A stretch of 64,000 nucleotides of DNA from Phoronis australis (GCA_002633005.1 NMRA01000626.1:157358-221357); one strand, 5' to 3'; positions 51,001-62,419 are shown, counted from the stretch's first letter. The notes: a model not told the origin generated them from the letters alone. Numbers and translations: made by a program.

Positions 51001-54000
51001 GGTGAGTACACTTGGTAGTTTTCAAAATATACTAGTTAGATAACGATACAATTCTGTCAGAGCTTCTAGCCAAAAATATATTCCAATTCATTCAATCTAA
51101 TACAATCTAATGGCATTTTACTGTCTCGAGAGCTTTAGTCAGAGTTTAATGTCATGTTATAGATCCTACCCACCAATTATTTATTTGTAAAATTGACTTA
51201 CAAGAAAAAGTGTAATTTGCACAAAGGGTGCTGAGCCTCACAAGTCTGGAATTTGTGGAGAATTTTGCTGAAACTGAAACATGCTCTAGTTGAAAAGAAA
51301 TCATAGTTTAGTGTGTGAAAACTTTGTTGAATTTTGATGCTATCCAGCTTATTCTGAACACTATTTTCCCTGAAGTCATTTAACTTGAGAAATGCACAGG
51401 TTCAGTAGTACGCATTAAGCCAAAATATAATTACAGAACAGGTCTGTTGAAAATTGAAAAAGGTGAAAATAATTGAAAATGTTGAAAATTCAGGGGCATG
51501 ATGTTAAGTTGTGTGACAGCAATGGACAAGATTAATGACAGAAATTACAGTGCACCAGTCCATGGTTTGGGTACAGTTGCAAGATTTATGTTGATGGCAT
51601 TCAGCCACCCACTGTAATAAGACGTCGGACTGAATGATTTACGAGTTAGACCACTGACAATATTTCCATTCTGATTTGAAGGCACATTTCACAACCGTTT
51701 CATTGAAAATGTTGCACTAGAGTGATGTTAAAGAACGTACCCTTTGTTGCCTCGGCAGTGCTGGCAGACAAGTTATAGTGAACTTCTCTCAAGAAAAACG
51801 TTTTGACGAATGTCTCTATAAATGAATGGAGAGCACAGGACCTGGAACCAATTGGCACAATGTGATTTTCAATGCTAAGGTACAAGACAAAAGTAATGAG
51901 ACAAAATAGTATTTCCCGTCTGTCTAGTAGTAATGACTTACAGAAGCAAAATTTCAAAAAGAATGGCCAAGTCATCCTTCATTCTCCGTCATGAAGGAAG
52001 GCCAATCAGATGATGAATTTGATTTCTGGCTTGTGGCTGTCATGACGGGGAATTCTGGGTCAATTTGTCGGAATTCTTTTGGCACGAACTGTTGATTACG
52101 ACCAATCTGAACATTTCTGAGCCAGGCACTTTACATGACCATTACATAAAAAGCGAGTTGGCCATAAAATTCACCTTCAGCTACTAAGAATTTGTACAGT
52201 GAGATGAAGAATAATTTCTAAAGTTAAAGCTTGTTCATAAAGTTGAACCCGCTTTTGTCGAAGGAACTAAAATAAGACTTAGAAATTACTAGGAGATCGG
52301 GATCAACTTATTCTTTACACAGCTGTACATTATGATTTCAAACATTCTTGCAAGCCCAGAAGTCATTTCTAATCTCGGTAAGAAACACATAAAGATCGGA
52401 TTTTTATCTGTATGTGACTCAAGTAAAACAAGTAAACGGTAGCTAACTGAATACCATAATTATAAAGCTACACTAAACTTACATCAAGGAAATAAGACAG
52501 AGTACCATATCGTTACCATTACCACTTGTTATTACCAGCAATTTTGCTACATAACACTCCATGCAAGGAGAACACATTATAATCAAAATGTGAAACAATA
52601 AACTTAAGGTAAAACATAAAGAATCCATCACACTGATGGCAAGTGTCAAAACCAGGAAATGGGAGCCCGGGTGACATTAACAAAGCAAGGGCCCTGCTAA
52701 CGTTATCTAAATAGATTGAAAATAGTAGTGATGCGTATTCTAAAAAACTTGTGAAAAGGCAAGATTGCGCTATATTTACATATTTCCAATTGCAAACTTT
52801 AGAATCGAGATTGTTATATCTGCGGAATGCAGCCCTGACAACTGTTCATCAACATGGGGTGTTCATGAGGTATAAAGGGCTTTCCATGAATGCTTCAATG
52901 CATTGTTCAGGCAACAAAAACCATTTGACTGTTTAACCAGGCTAAGCATCACAAGGTAAATTTGGAGCTGCTTACTGCGTATAGTTGTGTGTGTCATCAA
53001 CAGAATTAACCTTTAATGAAACAAAGGCAACAGAAAAGTAACTCTTCTTAAGATATACAAGTTTGTACTCATTGTACAAACTTAGGGCCCTCACTCACCT
53101 TAGGGAAAACATGCATGTAAAGGGTGGTGATGGGGAGGGGGAGCAGGATTTTTCCCTCAGAGCAAAGACACAACAGTGGCTTGACATCATATCTCGTCTA
53201 ACTACTCGGGAATGAATCATACTAGAATTTTATCTCTGAACCCATTGACAGCATTCCAACATGAGAGTCCGGCCATTGTACTATTTCTGCGAAGCTATGA
53301 AATAAAACCAAGACACCTGTAGCCCCTTCTGTTAAAGGTGCACAAACAATTTACCTGGGCTTGCAAGATGTGGCGAGCTCAATCTCTTTAACGAATGCTT
53401 GAAGAGGGTTAAAGATCACTGAAACGGAATATAAACCAACTGAAACGAGTAAATATGCACGTGACATAAAGGACAAGAAAATGCAACAACGTATACAGCA
53501 CAGGTGAAAAACTTTTGTTTGATCTGTCAGCAAGGTCATCAACCGGTTTTCCAGCGGACTCCCACCAGACAAGCAACTGTCTGCTAAGAGCCATTAAATG
53601 GCTGCCTACTGCTGATGTCAAATGGGTCAGAAATCTGCAACAAGTAATGCAATAAAGCAAGGTTTCATCATTACAACACTCAGATTAAAAAAATGTCTAA
53701 TTGCTGTATGACAGTAGAATTGCTGTACGGTTCTAAAAGGGAATATTCAAAAGCCTGATCGGAACTACATGTACCTGTGTGGTCTGCAACATTTAGTTGA
53801 CCAATTGGACATTAGTTGACCAATTGGATATTTTGAAAATCAACAATTGTTTCCAAAATATTGCGGAATCAAGAAATTAGTAATTTAAAAGACAATGTCA
53901 ATTAAATCAAAAATAAAGGAACACACAAACAATTTGTTACAGAAAAAAATACCGTCAGTAGAATGACACCATGACAAGTTGTTTAATTATGAACCATATA

Positions 54001-57000
54001 TCACTTGAACCTGTCTTATAATCAGTGGGTGAAATAAAAGGCAGCTTTAACTGAATTATTAGTTATATTTAATATGATTGTTTAAAATTACTGCTGCTGT
54101 ACACATTTACATATAAGGCACTACCAAACTTAAGTTTTCATCAAGTACAGCAACATCAACTAAATCAATGTAAACTACCCTCTGGCTGTTTCATCTCTTT
54201 TCACAGTTATTTGTATGTTTGATTAGTTATGCAGTACAAACAAGCATCCCCTTTATGCATTACCCCTCAGAAGCAAATGATTCACCTCTTATGTTATGAA
54301 TGGAAGTTTTACACACGTAGGTCATCTTTTGACCTTCAACCTTGGCATCTTTTTCCTCAATTACTTCACCATGCTGGAAAAAACATTCTCAAGTAATATG
54401 CAAGATCACATCTTGTAATCCTATTTGCCAAGATGTAGCAACCTTCACAGAAATTATGTTTTTCAAATTAAACATCAATTTTAAAGCCACGCATGAATTA
54501 CCATAAACATTCTAGATAACAATCTCAATGTTTATTAACTGGAGAGTCTCGAAATTGAGAGGTGGGCAATTAAACCAGAGATGGGCACTAAACTAGAAGA
54601 TAACAAGAAATTGGGGATGGCTGCCCACCCAAATTTGGCACTTTTGCAACATAAGCCAGATCACCACTCTAGCCACTTATGATTGATGAAATTGCAGTCC
54701 ACCGACTCAAACTTCAAAGAATTTGCTGCAAGATTAATTACCAATGAATGCAACGAGAAAATACATGTTGCAAAAATGCTTGCAAAAATTCTTGGATAGA
54801 CCTGCCATATAAATGTCATCAAAGTCTTCTTAGAGACAAAGTCCAAATTCTCTCTCTTTGCCCTTAGTTCAAATTCCAACAACTTAAAAACTCCCTGATA
54901 TTTGTATATAATCCTTTTTCAACAGAAACATGGACATATCCTGGCTTCTGTACACAAAAGAATCTCGTCAATATCCTTAAATCACTGTTTAATATACAAT
55001 TAAGGATAAATTTCAGAATCCAACAATGTTGTTTAAAGGAATATACAAATTGAAAATATGATAATTATATTTCATCAAAGTTCCAAACCTCCAAATGTTT
55101 AGGTAACCACAGACAGGTAGATCCTTGCCAGTTTCACATGCCTATGGGGCATGCATGCACTTCAAACTTTGGGCTAACCGCTTATCATAAAACTGAACTC
55201 AAATTATAACAATCTGTAATTCACAATCAATCAGAATACAACCACCCAAAACATTAAGAACTTCATGAAATTTTACCATCATAACTGCTGTATAACAGGA
55301 CATCTGAAATTATGAATAAGAGAATTCAAAGTTGCCACATTATTAGAAATTGTTTAGAAGTGGTCAAATGATGCTCTAATAGGAACATTACAACAACAGG
55401 GGCACAAAACTATAATTACCTGGCCATAGGTCTCCTGCCTCTGCTCTCGTAAGTAGCTATGCATACTAATAGCGTGTGAAGAAGCATCGAACTTAAACAG
55501 AGAAGCCTGCAATATAGTGTCAATGACTTTTAATAAACAGGATGAAATTCCGTTATTTTGATGTGGAGCAGGTTGCAACTGCTGATCAGAATATGTCGAG
55601 CACATTCAATTAATTATCTAGCATCTCTGAAATTAATGGTTAATTTGTTTTTCTGGCCCAGGACCAGCAATCTGTTTAAATTGGAGATCTTCTTTGCTGC
55701 GCTGGACCCTCAATCCCGGTTACAACTTTAAAAAAATAACTCAAAAAATACCCTTCTTCCTCGCTCTGGTAATCACGTAAAAAATAGTGCAGGTGGTTGG
55801 ATACGTGTAGGTGAGCAGGCCGCTGTGCCACACCCATCGCTTATTTACTGTTTACAAATAACGTTCTGTTTTCATTGTGTCTAGGTATAACTAGTGAGAC
55901 TTGCATGGTAAGTAATGAATCAACGAGTTATGTTCCATCTAACTGTCATCTTGGATTTAGTAAAATGGAATACTGGACAAACCTATAGCAATAACTAGTT
56001 TTCCTTGTACATAGGAAAGATACTCATCAATCATCAACACAGAATATTTAGAATTTGCAAGAATCACCTTCTTTGGTCGAGTTGCCCTCTTCTTTGAAAA
56101 ATACTGAGCAATGTCTGTGCTGCCAGGGTCATCAAAGGTCAGACCACTCTGCTGGGGGTTGACCACGCTCTTCTGAATGTCAAGATAATCACGCAACAGA
56201 ATCTGGATCTAAAAAAGTGGCTAATTATTACGAGACACAAATTTAAAGTTAACTGGGAAAGAAGGCTGTAAACATTTGCTTTCACAATTACTCAAGAAGG
56301 AATTGGATAACATATAACAGAACCCCAAATTTTAACTTTCAGTTGATGTAATCAATGGAGAGTGTGACTTAATAGTCAGAATCCAAAACAATCAACAACT
56401 TATTTTATTCTGCAAACCAGGCCTGTATTCTATAAACCAGACCTGTATTCTGTAAACTCAATTACATTCAACCTAAACAATCAATCACTTCTGAATCAGA
56501 GCCCCCCATTTATGATAGATTAAGGTTTCGACCACTCTCTTATAACATTTGCCCTTCTCCTGCGTGATTTTGCGAGTTCCTCCGTAATAACAAATTTCTC
56601 TCTAAAACATGGCCAACAGAACAATACCCAGAAGACCAAAAGATACTTTCTTGATCTCCATTATTTAAAAAAAAACATTATTTTTATGTGAAAGTGAAAC
56701 GATCTTTCAAAGACAAAGGGCACATACCACTGCTTGGACTTTGGACCAAAATTCAGCCATTTCATATGGCTTGATGTCTTCACTACGCGAGCTGCCAACC
56801 TTTAAAACAAACAGTGAAAATTCTAATTGCTCCACAAAGTGAAGTTTTAATAAAATTAGTTGTCAAAAAAGTAATCAATGAATTCTTCAATTGATATAAC
56901 ATTTGACTTTTAATCAAAGTAAAGTGTTAACAAACATTTGATTCACAAAATGCTATTACAATTATGGCTGCAGTGTAACGATTACTTAGCCCTAGTACAC

Positions 57001-60000
57001 CTGACTTAAGAAAGTAAACACGAAATGTAAAAGTGCGTAAATTGAAAGATTGGAAGAGTTTTGCAAATTGGGCAGCTTCACATCAGCTGCACATTATCTC
57101 TTTGATTTTTCCAAAAGAAACTTGGAAAATGTATTCGCATGCTCCTAACTATGCTAATGTAGCAGGAACTAAACAGCAAATGAATGCTATTTGAACATCA
57201 TCTAGACTAAACAAAGTGCAGTAATGTATTCAATGAAATCTTGTACAAGAGCAACGCAGAGCGTTGAAATGCGCCCACAATTGCACCGTATACGGTATCC
57301 TTCTAGGGTTGTTTATTGGTACCATCAAGTGGCCAGTAGAGGGCATATATGTAGTATGTTGTACTTTGCAAAATGGAAAGGCATGGTCATTGTCTCCTCA
57401 ATAGGCTAGGGACAAAATGTGAGTGATCTTCATAATACAAGCATATCCTATACATCAGTTGCTTAAAGCACCAAAAAACATAGAATTAAAAACAAATTTA
57501 CCAACATACGAGATTAGCACAGCATTAGAATGCCAGAAACAAATTTCTACTTGGAACTTTTCCTTCATAGTCACGAAGTAACACAAAGTATACACTTGAA
57601 GACCTATGAAAATACAGAGGTCAAATACTAAAATTGCCACTAGAGGCATACCGGTAGTCAGAATCATCCTAAAGTCGTCATTGTCTGTTGTCAACATCAC
57701 ATAAATACACTTGCTAAATTTAGTAAAGATCCTGCACACGGTTTGGGAGATACAGCCATGGGCGCAAAAAAAAACTGTCACTAGGAGGCGCCACAGTAAT
57801 CAAAGTCAAGGGAAAATCATCGTCAACCGTCCTCTACATAGTAAGCACATACATGCCAATTTTCACAATCATCCTTTGAGCGGTTTGGTTGATAGAGGGG
57901 TGGACGCACAAAAACATACTTGAAAACACTAAAAATGGCCACTAGGTGACGCAAACTATGTCGAATCCATCTGAAAACGGGAGGATAGTGTCATCTCACT
58001 AATAGGTGCCTACATACCAAATTTCATGAAAATCCGTTCAGGACTTTTGAAGATACAAAGGTAAGCATAAAAAAATTAAAATTGCCACTACGGGGCACAC
58101 CGGTAGTCGGATCTGTCCAAAAGTCGTCATCTTCCGTTGTTAACATCATATAAATATACTTACGCAATTTCGTAAAGCTCCTGCAAACGGTTTAGGAGAT
58201 ACAGCCATAGGCGCAAAAAAAAACAAAACTGCCACTAGGAGGCACACAGGTAGTCGGATCCGTCCGAAAGTTCGCACATGCCGTCCCATTCATGAATGGA
58301 ACATATGTGCCAAATTTCACGAACGTATGTCAAAGGGTTTTGGAGATAGAGCAGCGGACGCCGGACGGACGCTGCCCGGACGGACGGACGGACGGCATAA
58401 TGCGTCCACATATAAATATGTGGGAGCATAAAAATGTGATAAAAAATTCTACAAATAGGTCACCTTTGTCCTAATGACGTACCTTGGGGGCTCACATAGC
58501 CCGCATCATGCAGTGTTATTTCCCAACACCACGCCATGATACCTACTGGATATGGTTGAGTGATTGATGATACAATCATTTTCATTACAAAACTCATTCT
58601 TTAAAGCATTTGGCAATTTTCAACCTACTTCATATTCGTATCCTCGCTATGTGTTGTGTTTCTAACTAATTTGACCGAGCATCACAGAGATAAGGAAATA
58701 CCGTGCAAGTTCCACTGACTTAAATAACTAAAATTATCATTATCACGACGGGGCAAATGTGAAGATACATTTCATGATTTTCACGTGCAGACTGTAAGTA
58801 GGATGTAACTTTCAGCTAACAAATAATATAATTGTACGTTTGCATACAGTAAGACATCACTCTAGCATGTGAAATCAGAGCACCAGAGATCTGGTTCATG
58901 ATACAGCACACATCACGAATTTTTATCCGACCGGTCGGCTATACAAGTTGTTTTTTAACCTATGCCATAGAACTGAAAATTGTATGTGTTTTCGTTTGCG
59001 AGAGTGTTCTTTTTGAATCACTGGGTTAATCATTTTTACGCTCTACATGAAAACGCAGACTACCTGGGAACTTTTCTTTAGGATTACGTGTACCGAGTTA
59101 CTTCGAAGAATTTATTTTCAGAGTTTTACCCCTTGGAGTAGACCCAAAACACAAAGTATTGTGTTCTTATTCCAAAGGGCTCGGGTGGCTCTAGCCTTGG
59201 TGCGAAGCTGTTTACTAAATTAAATATAAAACTTTGCGCCGATGTGGGCAAAAAACTGACCAAATAAAATCTTCCTTGAAAGTGTCGCGTGTCACATAGG
59301 TACTCCTTTCAAAACGACGAAATACCTTCCTATGTTACAAAAGGCGGAGAATTGCGCAAGAAAATGACATTGGATATTTTTCGCTTAAACGGCTGTAACG
59401 GGCAAGGTGAGTGTCAGATTTTGGATGCACACCTGCCTGTCTTGAGTTAATGATGAGGTGACTTGCGTAACTATCCGGGCTGTGTGCAATTTCGAGTTCT
59501 GTCCGGGAGCTCAATACACAGTACAACCTTTCTGTATTTTGACGATAGTCTTCATACAGCTAGCTGGCTAGATAGGAATGCTCTAACTTCGAAACGATTT
59601 TTTACTCTGAAAATGACAACAAATTCCGAATGATGACGGATCATGGCTGATACTATAACCGATCACATTCTTCTGTTTTTATTGCCCCATCATCTTAATA
59701 TCTGAGTTATGTTCAAACCATTGTTTATGTTGCTCCTACAACAAACCAACGTATTAAGAAATTGTACAGAAATAAACAATAATTATCTGAGGGAAAGCGC
59801 AATATACAGCGTGATGAAGTGATGATCAAGTGCAATTATAACAGATGACTGCATATTCGTGCTACTGTTGAGCATTCCCCGGTATGAAAACACTTGAGGT
59901 CGTAAAATATCCAGCGTTGTATTCTGATTTTTATGCAAATTTACTGTAACATTTCAAATTTCTTGGTTGTTGATACTTTTTTATGCATAATGTATAAGAA

Positions 60001-62419
60001 GTCCAATACCTAGAGTTCGAAATTATGTTTCTGTGATATCATTTTACGTTTGATTTTACCAAGACATCAGCAATTCAACATAAAGTTTAGGTTGGTTTAA
60101 TTTCACGCAATTTGTATTAATTTGTAAGTTGATTCAATTTTACCACCTTTCAATAGTTGAACAAACATTGAGAAACCGACGTCAAGACCCGCGGAGCGAC
60201 CACTGGTGAACGATCAGCGAATAGTTAAATGTTTGTTTGGCCAAAATTCATCCGCTAAGTTGTAAAATGGTAATTGCCCACCAAGGACACGCATAATATT
60301 ATCCCAATTGGTCATCTATGCTAGACTACCACTTTGCCGACCCAAGTGCCAAATGCAGAGGCGACTCAGCAGACGGCTCCTAGCCGACCGTTGTTGGTCA
60401 GCTGCTGATCGGCTAGACGGCCAGTCGTCGACCAACTTCCAACCGGTTGGACAAAAATTTGTAATGTGTGCTGTATGTGACTATGGATACTTAAGACAGA
60501 AATTGGGTCTTGCCAATAACAGCTTAGTGAGTCTATTTCTGAAAAATCATAGGATCTCACTAATTAGCAGAGAAAAAAGTCTCTGAGAATATACCTATAT
60601 CTGCCAGAAGAGATAATTTTTATAAATTACCTGAAGGTTGTGATTAGACTGTCACAGTAAACTGACAGTCAATTGCAGGGTTGAAGTCTGTATGACAATT
60701 GTTGAAATTATGACCTAGTGTTATATATATCACACTCATATTGCACATAAAAAATAACTCGCACACGTCCATCTTACAATTGCAAAGACAAAATTATCGT
60801 CAGAAATTATACGACTAATACAACAGCATGCAAATCAAGGTACTTATTACTAGTAACTTAAAAATTCAACAATTTATTATTCACTTTTTACTATTTATTC
60901 AGTAATTGTGAAGTGGCACACAGCCTACTCACGGCGAGTCTCTTGAGGTTACTCAACACAGTCTGGTGTGTGTCTGCAACGCAGCGGAATTGCTGGAACA
61001 CCAACTCCAACAGCTCGAGCAGGTATTTGGGCTGATCAAGGGACTCAAGCTGGGTCTCTCCTGATTGGTAGGCACTAGAACCAAGGAATGTTTAACTTTT
61101 AAATAACATGACAGTCAAAAACCAGCGAACTTTAATGGTCTTTCAGTCACGACAGGTACTTGAAACAAAGCAAAATAAAACATTGAAAATCAGTCAGGCA
61201 CTTATCCACAGACTAAAGCATCTAATGTTGCAATACAAGTACGAAAAGATGCCTCTATAGTCCCCTGCATTGTTTCCTGTGTCTACTTGCCTGATGAGAC
61301 ACTGGGTCTGCTCCCATTCTGCTATTGTATCTTACTGTTTAGTTTTCATCCGGTGCATGCGATATAGGCTGGCACTGGACATGAGGTAGGAAACTAAACA
61401 GTAAGGAAAAACAGTGAGACCAGGGCTGAACCAGGAATTGTGGCAAGTGGGCTGGTAGACACTGGAACCAACCAAGAAACGAAACAGTGTGGAGCATCAG
61501 GAGGATGGACTCTAATCCAGGACTACGGATCGGTCATTACAGACAGCTAGGTACAGGACTCTAATCCAGGACTACGGATCGGTCATTACAGACAGCTAGG
61601 TACAGGACTCTAATCCAGGACTACGGATCGGTCATTACAGACAGCTAGGTACAGGACTCTAATCCAGGACTACGGATCAGTCACTACAGACAGCTAGGTA
61701 CAAGAAAAAAAGCTAGAAATTATTTACAGAACAACGTTGAACTTGCATGATATCAAACATATAAAGTAGACCAGTCCTGTGGATAAAGCTAATCAACCTT
61801 TGCTGTAAATAAACATTTAAATCTATCCACTAGGATACATGGTCTCTGGTTACATACTTATCGGCCACCTGCTGCGAAGCTCTTCGGACTATGGCCAGTA
61901 GCTCAGGCTGCATGCTGGCTTTTATAACCTGAAGATGGAACAAAAAAGTACAGCGTCACATTCCTGAAAACCATGACATAAATACCTACAACAATTAATA
62001 TCCTATGATAAGCAAGTATCACGGAATACACAGAAATTAAACTTTATGGCTATATGTAATTTAAGTAAGTCTCTTAGATTGGAGACTTCAGGTAAAATTT
62101 CCATAATATTGTTGACTTAAGAGTAGGTCTTAACTTAATAATAAATGAAAAAAATCATAACTTTTGACAACCCTTGGTTAACTTTTAATTAAAACCAAGC
62201 AAACATCAATCATTAGTTGAAACCAGCACTTCACATGGAATACCTCGATGGCATCAGACACCCTCTTCAGCGTGGCTAAAGATTCAATGAGAATGGCTAT
62301 GAACTTAGGTCTGTTCTCCTCGGGGTCAGTGTTGTTCAGGTCCTCAGTAACATTGGTGGACACCCCATCCGAAGAAAAGTCACCATAGCTAGAAGGCTGG
62401 TCAACTTTGATGAGATCTC
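17902..62419 (-). CDS. EXOC4: Exocyst complex component 4 (Sec8), multi-exon, 5' exons beyond window end
   Basis: 18 exons with consistent phases; peptides such as [52 protein letters not shown] and [33 protein letters not shown] match recalled human EXOC4 in colinear order. Confidence 0.95.
19172..19283 (-). CDS. EXOC4: EXOC4 exon ([23 protein letters not shown]...)
   Basis: Highly conserved motif; AG/GT ends. Confidence 0.93.
19470..19745. repeat. 39-bp minisatellite, ~7 copies
   Basis: Unit aatgtggcctacaggttgccaacgtgatccatttaacag. Confidence 0.95.
20889..20984 (-). CDS. EXOC4: EXOC4 exon ([14 protein letters not shown]...GVKK)
   Basis: Conserved motif; AG/GT ends. Confidence 0.92.
21543..21661 (-). 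CDS. EXOC4: EXOC4 exon ([13 protein letters not shown]...SKF)
   Basis: Conserved motif; phases fit. Confidence 0.9.
22494..22640 (-). CDS. EXOC4: EXOC4 exon (DKPPLS...[10 protein letters not shown]...AKQ)
   Basis: Conserved motif; phase 0/0. Confidence 0.93.
22815..23702. repeat. ~81-bp tandem repeat, ~11 copies, running into the gap
   Basis: Unit atgaaaagcatccaacatacagcgctgtcatggttgg...gacatcatgggtctatatc. Confidence 0.95.
23703..24449. other. Assembly gap (N run)
   Basis: Run of n. Confidence 1.
24450..25467. repeat. 56-bp near-perfect tandem repeat, ~18 copies
   Basis: Unit aatacaattcttagtaacaggtatactagaggctattaagttacttcagacgtata. Confidence 0.97.
25540..26718 (+). mobile_element. Ty1/Copia (GalEa-like) LTR retrotransposon relic
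   Basis: RT motifs [23 protein letters not shown] and frameshifted QTRPDL; polypurine tract 26497-26511 followed by TG...CA LTR-like segment 26512-26718, part of which is duplicated at ~25550-25622. Confidence 0.8.
26126..26435. repeat. 27-bp minisatellite inside the Copia relic
   Basis: Unit atgttagaattgtagttagagacaggc. Confidence 0.9.
30150..31320. promoter_or_regulatory. CpG-enriched promoter-like region, probable promoter/first exon of the GT32 gene
   Basis: Visible CpG enrichment over flanks; ETS-like CGGAAGT (~30488) and NRF1-like GCATGCGCA (~31050); the downstream GT32 exon begins with an acceptor, so an upstream exon is required. Confidence 0.4.
32090..32556. repeat. Degenerate AT-rich tandem array (ctatactattatt...aaatttcc)
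   Basis: Recurring ctata(c/t)(c/t)attatt motif every ~30-50 bp. Confidence 0.6.
32606..32888. repeat. 21-bp minisatellite, ~13 copies
   Basis: Unit caggtaggagagttcatctcg and variants. Confidence 0.95.
33336..34292 (+). CDS. Glycosyltransferase family 32 (Gly_transf_sug, DXD), Sur1/Csh1 MIPC-synthase-like, nested antisense in an EXOC4 intron
   Basis: Intact 318-aa ORF with [33 protein letters not shown] and GSWHEWD motifs; hydrophobic N- and C-terminal segments; splice acceptor at 33291 and in-frame stop at 33318 upstream of the ATG. Confidence 0.88.
   Translation: MRTCRKFITSTATKLILVILATVTAVEFIAFTHYFVTTLTESEEMRRQILMDRSDHPVDTSEKTPRIIHQIWQPHYMAEMPKNWRTGMESWIKHNPGWEHMMWNDEKINNLIIKHYPWFMEFYKTYRTRVQRFDAAGYLIMYHYGGIYVDMDITCPNDRVLQELIDDNYSATLFRKRFYSMGTDIFVGKRRSAFFRYVVLWLFKSRRFYLFPHWNIIMSTGPQFMYGMYAQYPFKSEILVHERIYANSRLIDHDTGSWHEWDAHIFSAFMHVLPWLSIASFLAILFKIRFCNLAPHVVHYWTRLNSYRLWLPQYDQYV
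36053..36278 (-). CDS. EXOC4: EXOC4 exon (SLPNW...[10 protein letters not shown]...LGNLHESV)
   Basis: Conserved motif; gtaagt donor. Confidence 0.92.
36616..38621. mobile_element. Non-autonomous Kolobok-type DNA transposon (~2.0 kb)
   Basis: TTAA at 36612-36615 and 38622-38625; 15-bp TIRs GGCGGGTGTATACAC / GTGTATCCACCTGCC (2 mismatches). Confidence 0.75.
38839..38926 (-). CDS. EXOC4: EXOC4 exon (IVQSE...[16 protein letters not shown])
   Basis: Conserved motif; phase 1/2. Confidence 0.92.
39048..39550 (+). mobile_element. Internally deleted RTE-clade LINE (5'UTR-like head plus ORF C-terminus and tail)
   Basis: 39367-39537 encodes [22 protein letters not shown]...[22 protein letters not shown], a typical RTE C-terminus, followed by an AGGTACA repeat tail; head ccggtcccaag...aaaggaggagg resembles RTE 5'UTRs as I recall them. 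Confidence 0.75.
39748..39835 (+). mobile_element. tRNA-derived SINE head remnant
   Basis: A-box-like TGGCTTAGTGAG and B-box-like GGTTTGAGT; related fragment on - at ~395-447 shares ctcaaggtcgtgggtt. Confidence 0.45.
40589..40727 (-). CDS. EXOC4: EXOC4 exon (STAAVNKNL...[22 protein letters not shown])
   Basis: Conserved motif; phase 0/1. Confidence 0.92.
40918..41178 (-). CDS. Candidate cryptic exon or small single-pass membrane protein ORF inside an EXOC4 intron
   Basis: Acceptor ctgatcttttag at 41179; ACCATG start at 41157; hydrophobic Cys-rich segment; CA|GTGAGT donor at 40921. Confidence 0.4.
   Translation of the reverse strand, partial: HIPPVYTMSNEETIAYYVEPLEFWQDSQSGLYMTCGSIAMIGCCCTLLVVIHCVTLIESPAAANHARHRLASLRSLPDFRQFYIVQ
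41630..43320. mobile_element. Unclassified non-autonomous element with repeated subterminal motif GGTAAGCCGAGCATGGGCG
   Basis: Motif at ~41691 and ~43243; reverse-complement copies at ~47461 and ~47800. Confidence 0.45.
43977..44050 (-). CDS. EXOC4: EXOC4 exon (FDALKNV...LGAPKPLLQ)
   Basis: Conserved motif; phase 1/0. Confidence 0.9.
44950..45093. repeat. 20-bp minisatellite, ~7 copies
   Basis: Unit ggggtgatatggatattcat. Confidence 0.93.
48605..49735 (+). mobile_element. Kolobok-type DNA transposon deletion derivative retaining a THAP domain
   Basis: TTAA at 48601-48604 and 49736-49739; TIRs AGGAGAATGCCACCC / GGGTGGTATTCTCCT (1 mismatch); internal THAP ORF. Confidence 0.85.
48732..49064 (+). 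pseudogene. THAP zinc-finger ORF (transposon-derived, probably degenerate)
   Basis: CIVPACPN...FFRLP...W...VCGWHF THAP signature; AVPT box absent; likely original ATGCCG start (48769) is out of frame. Confidence 0.7.
51741..51841 (-). CDS. EXOC4: EXOC4 exon ([17 protein letters not shown]...ATK)
   Basis: Phases fit; colinear with human CPLREFL region. Confidence 0.87.
53355..53418 (-). CDS. EXOC4: EXOC4 exon ([13 protein letters not shown]...)
   Basis: Conserved motif; phase 1/2. Confidence 0.88.
54286..54373 (-). CDS. EXOC4: EXOC4 exon (HGEV...[11 protein letters not shown])
   Basis: Conserved VCK..NI motif; phase 0/1. Confidence 0.87.
55420..55506 (-). CDS. EXOC4: EXOC4 exon ([24 protein letters not shown])
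   Basis: Highly conserved motif. Confidence 0.93.
56068..56208 (-). CDS. EXOC4: EXOC4 exon ([10 protein letters not shown]...[12 protein letters not shown])
   Basis: Conserved motif; phase 0/0. Confidence 0.9.
56728..56799 (-). CDS. EXOC4: EXOC4 exon ([18 protein letters not shown])
   Basis: Conserved motif; phase 0/0. Confidence 0.88.
57245..58434 (+). mobile_element. Helentron-associated non-autonomous (HINE/DINE-like) element
   Basis: Starts acaagagcaacgcagagcgttgaaatgcgcccac; ~150-bp subrepeats; (GGAC)n microsatellite, terminal hairpin 58401-58428 and A-run. Confidence 0.75.
60933..61074 (-). CDS. EXOC4: EXOC4 exon ([20 protein letters not shown])
   Basis: Conserved motif; phase 2/0. 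Confidence 0.92.
61255..61500. repeat. Degenerate foldback/MITE
   Basis: cttactgtttagttt (61331-61345) is the exact reverse complement of aaactaaacagtaag (61391-61405); outer gtgtctac/gtagacac pair. Confidence 0.55.
61507..61702. repeat. 49-bp tandem repeat, 4 copies
   Basis: Unit ggactctaatccaggactacggatcggtcattacagacagctaggtaca. Confidence 0.95.
61858..61928 (-). CDS. EXOC4: EXOC4 exon ([15 protein letters not shown])
   Basis: Conserved motif; phase 0/2. Confidence 0.9.
62244..62419 (-). CDS. EXOC4: EXOC4 exon ([26 protein letters not shown])
   Basis: Conserved DPEEN motif; phase 1/0. Confidence 0.9.

Noticed and set aside
53409-53660. Possible extra EXOC4 exon (acceptor at 53635)
   Set aside because: Exons 54286-54373 and 53355-53418 already join in frame and colinearly with the known protein; no fitting donor or homology.
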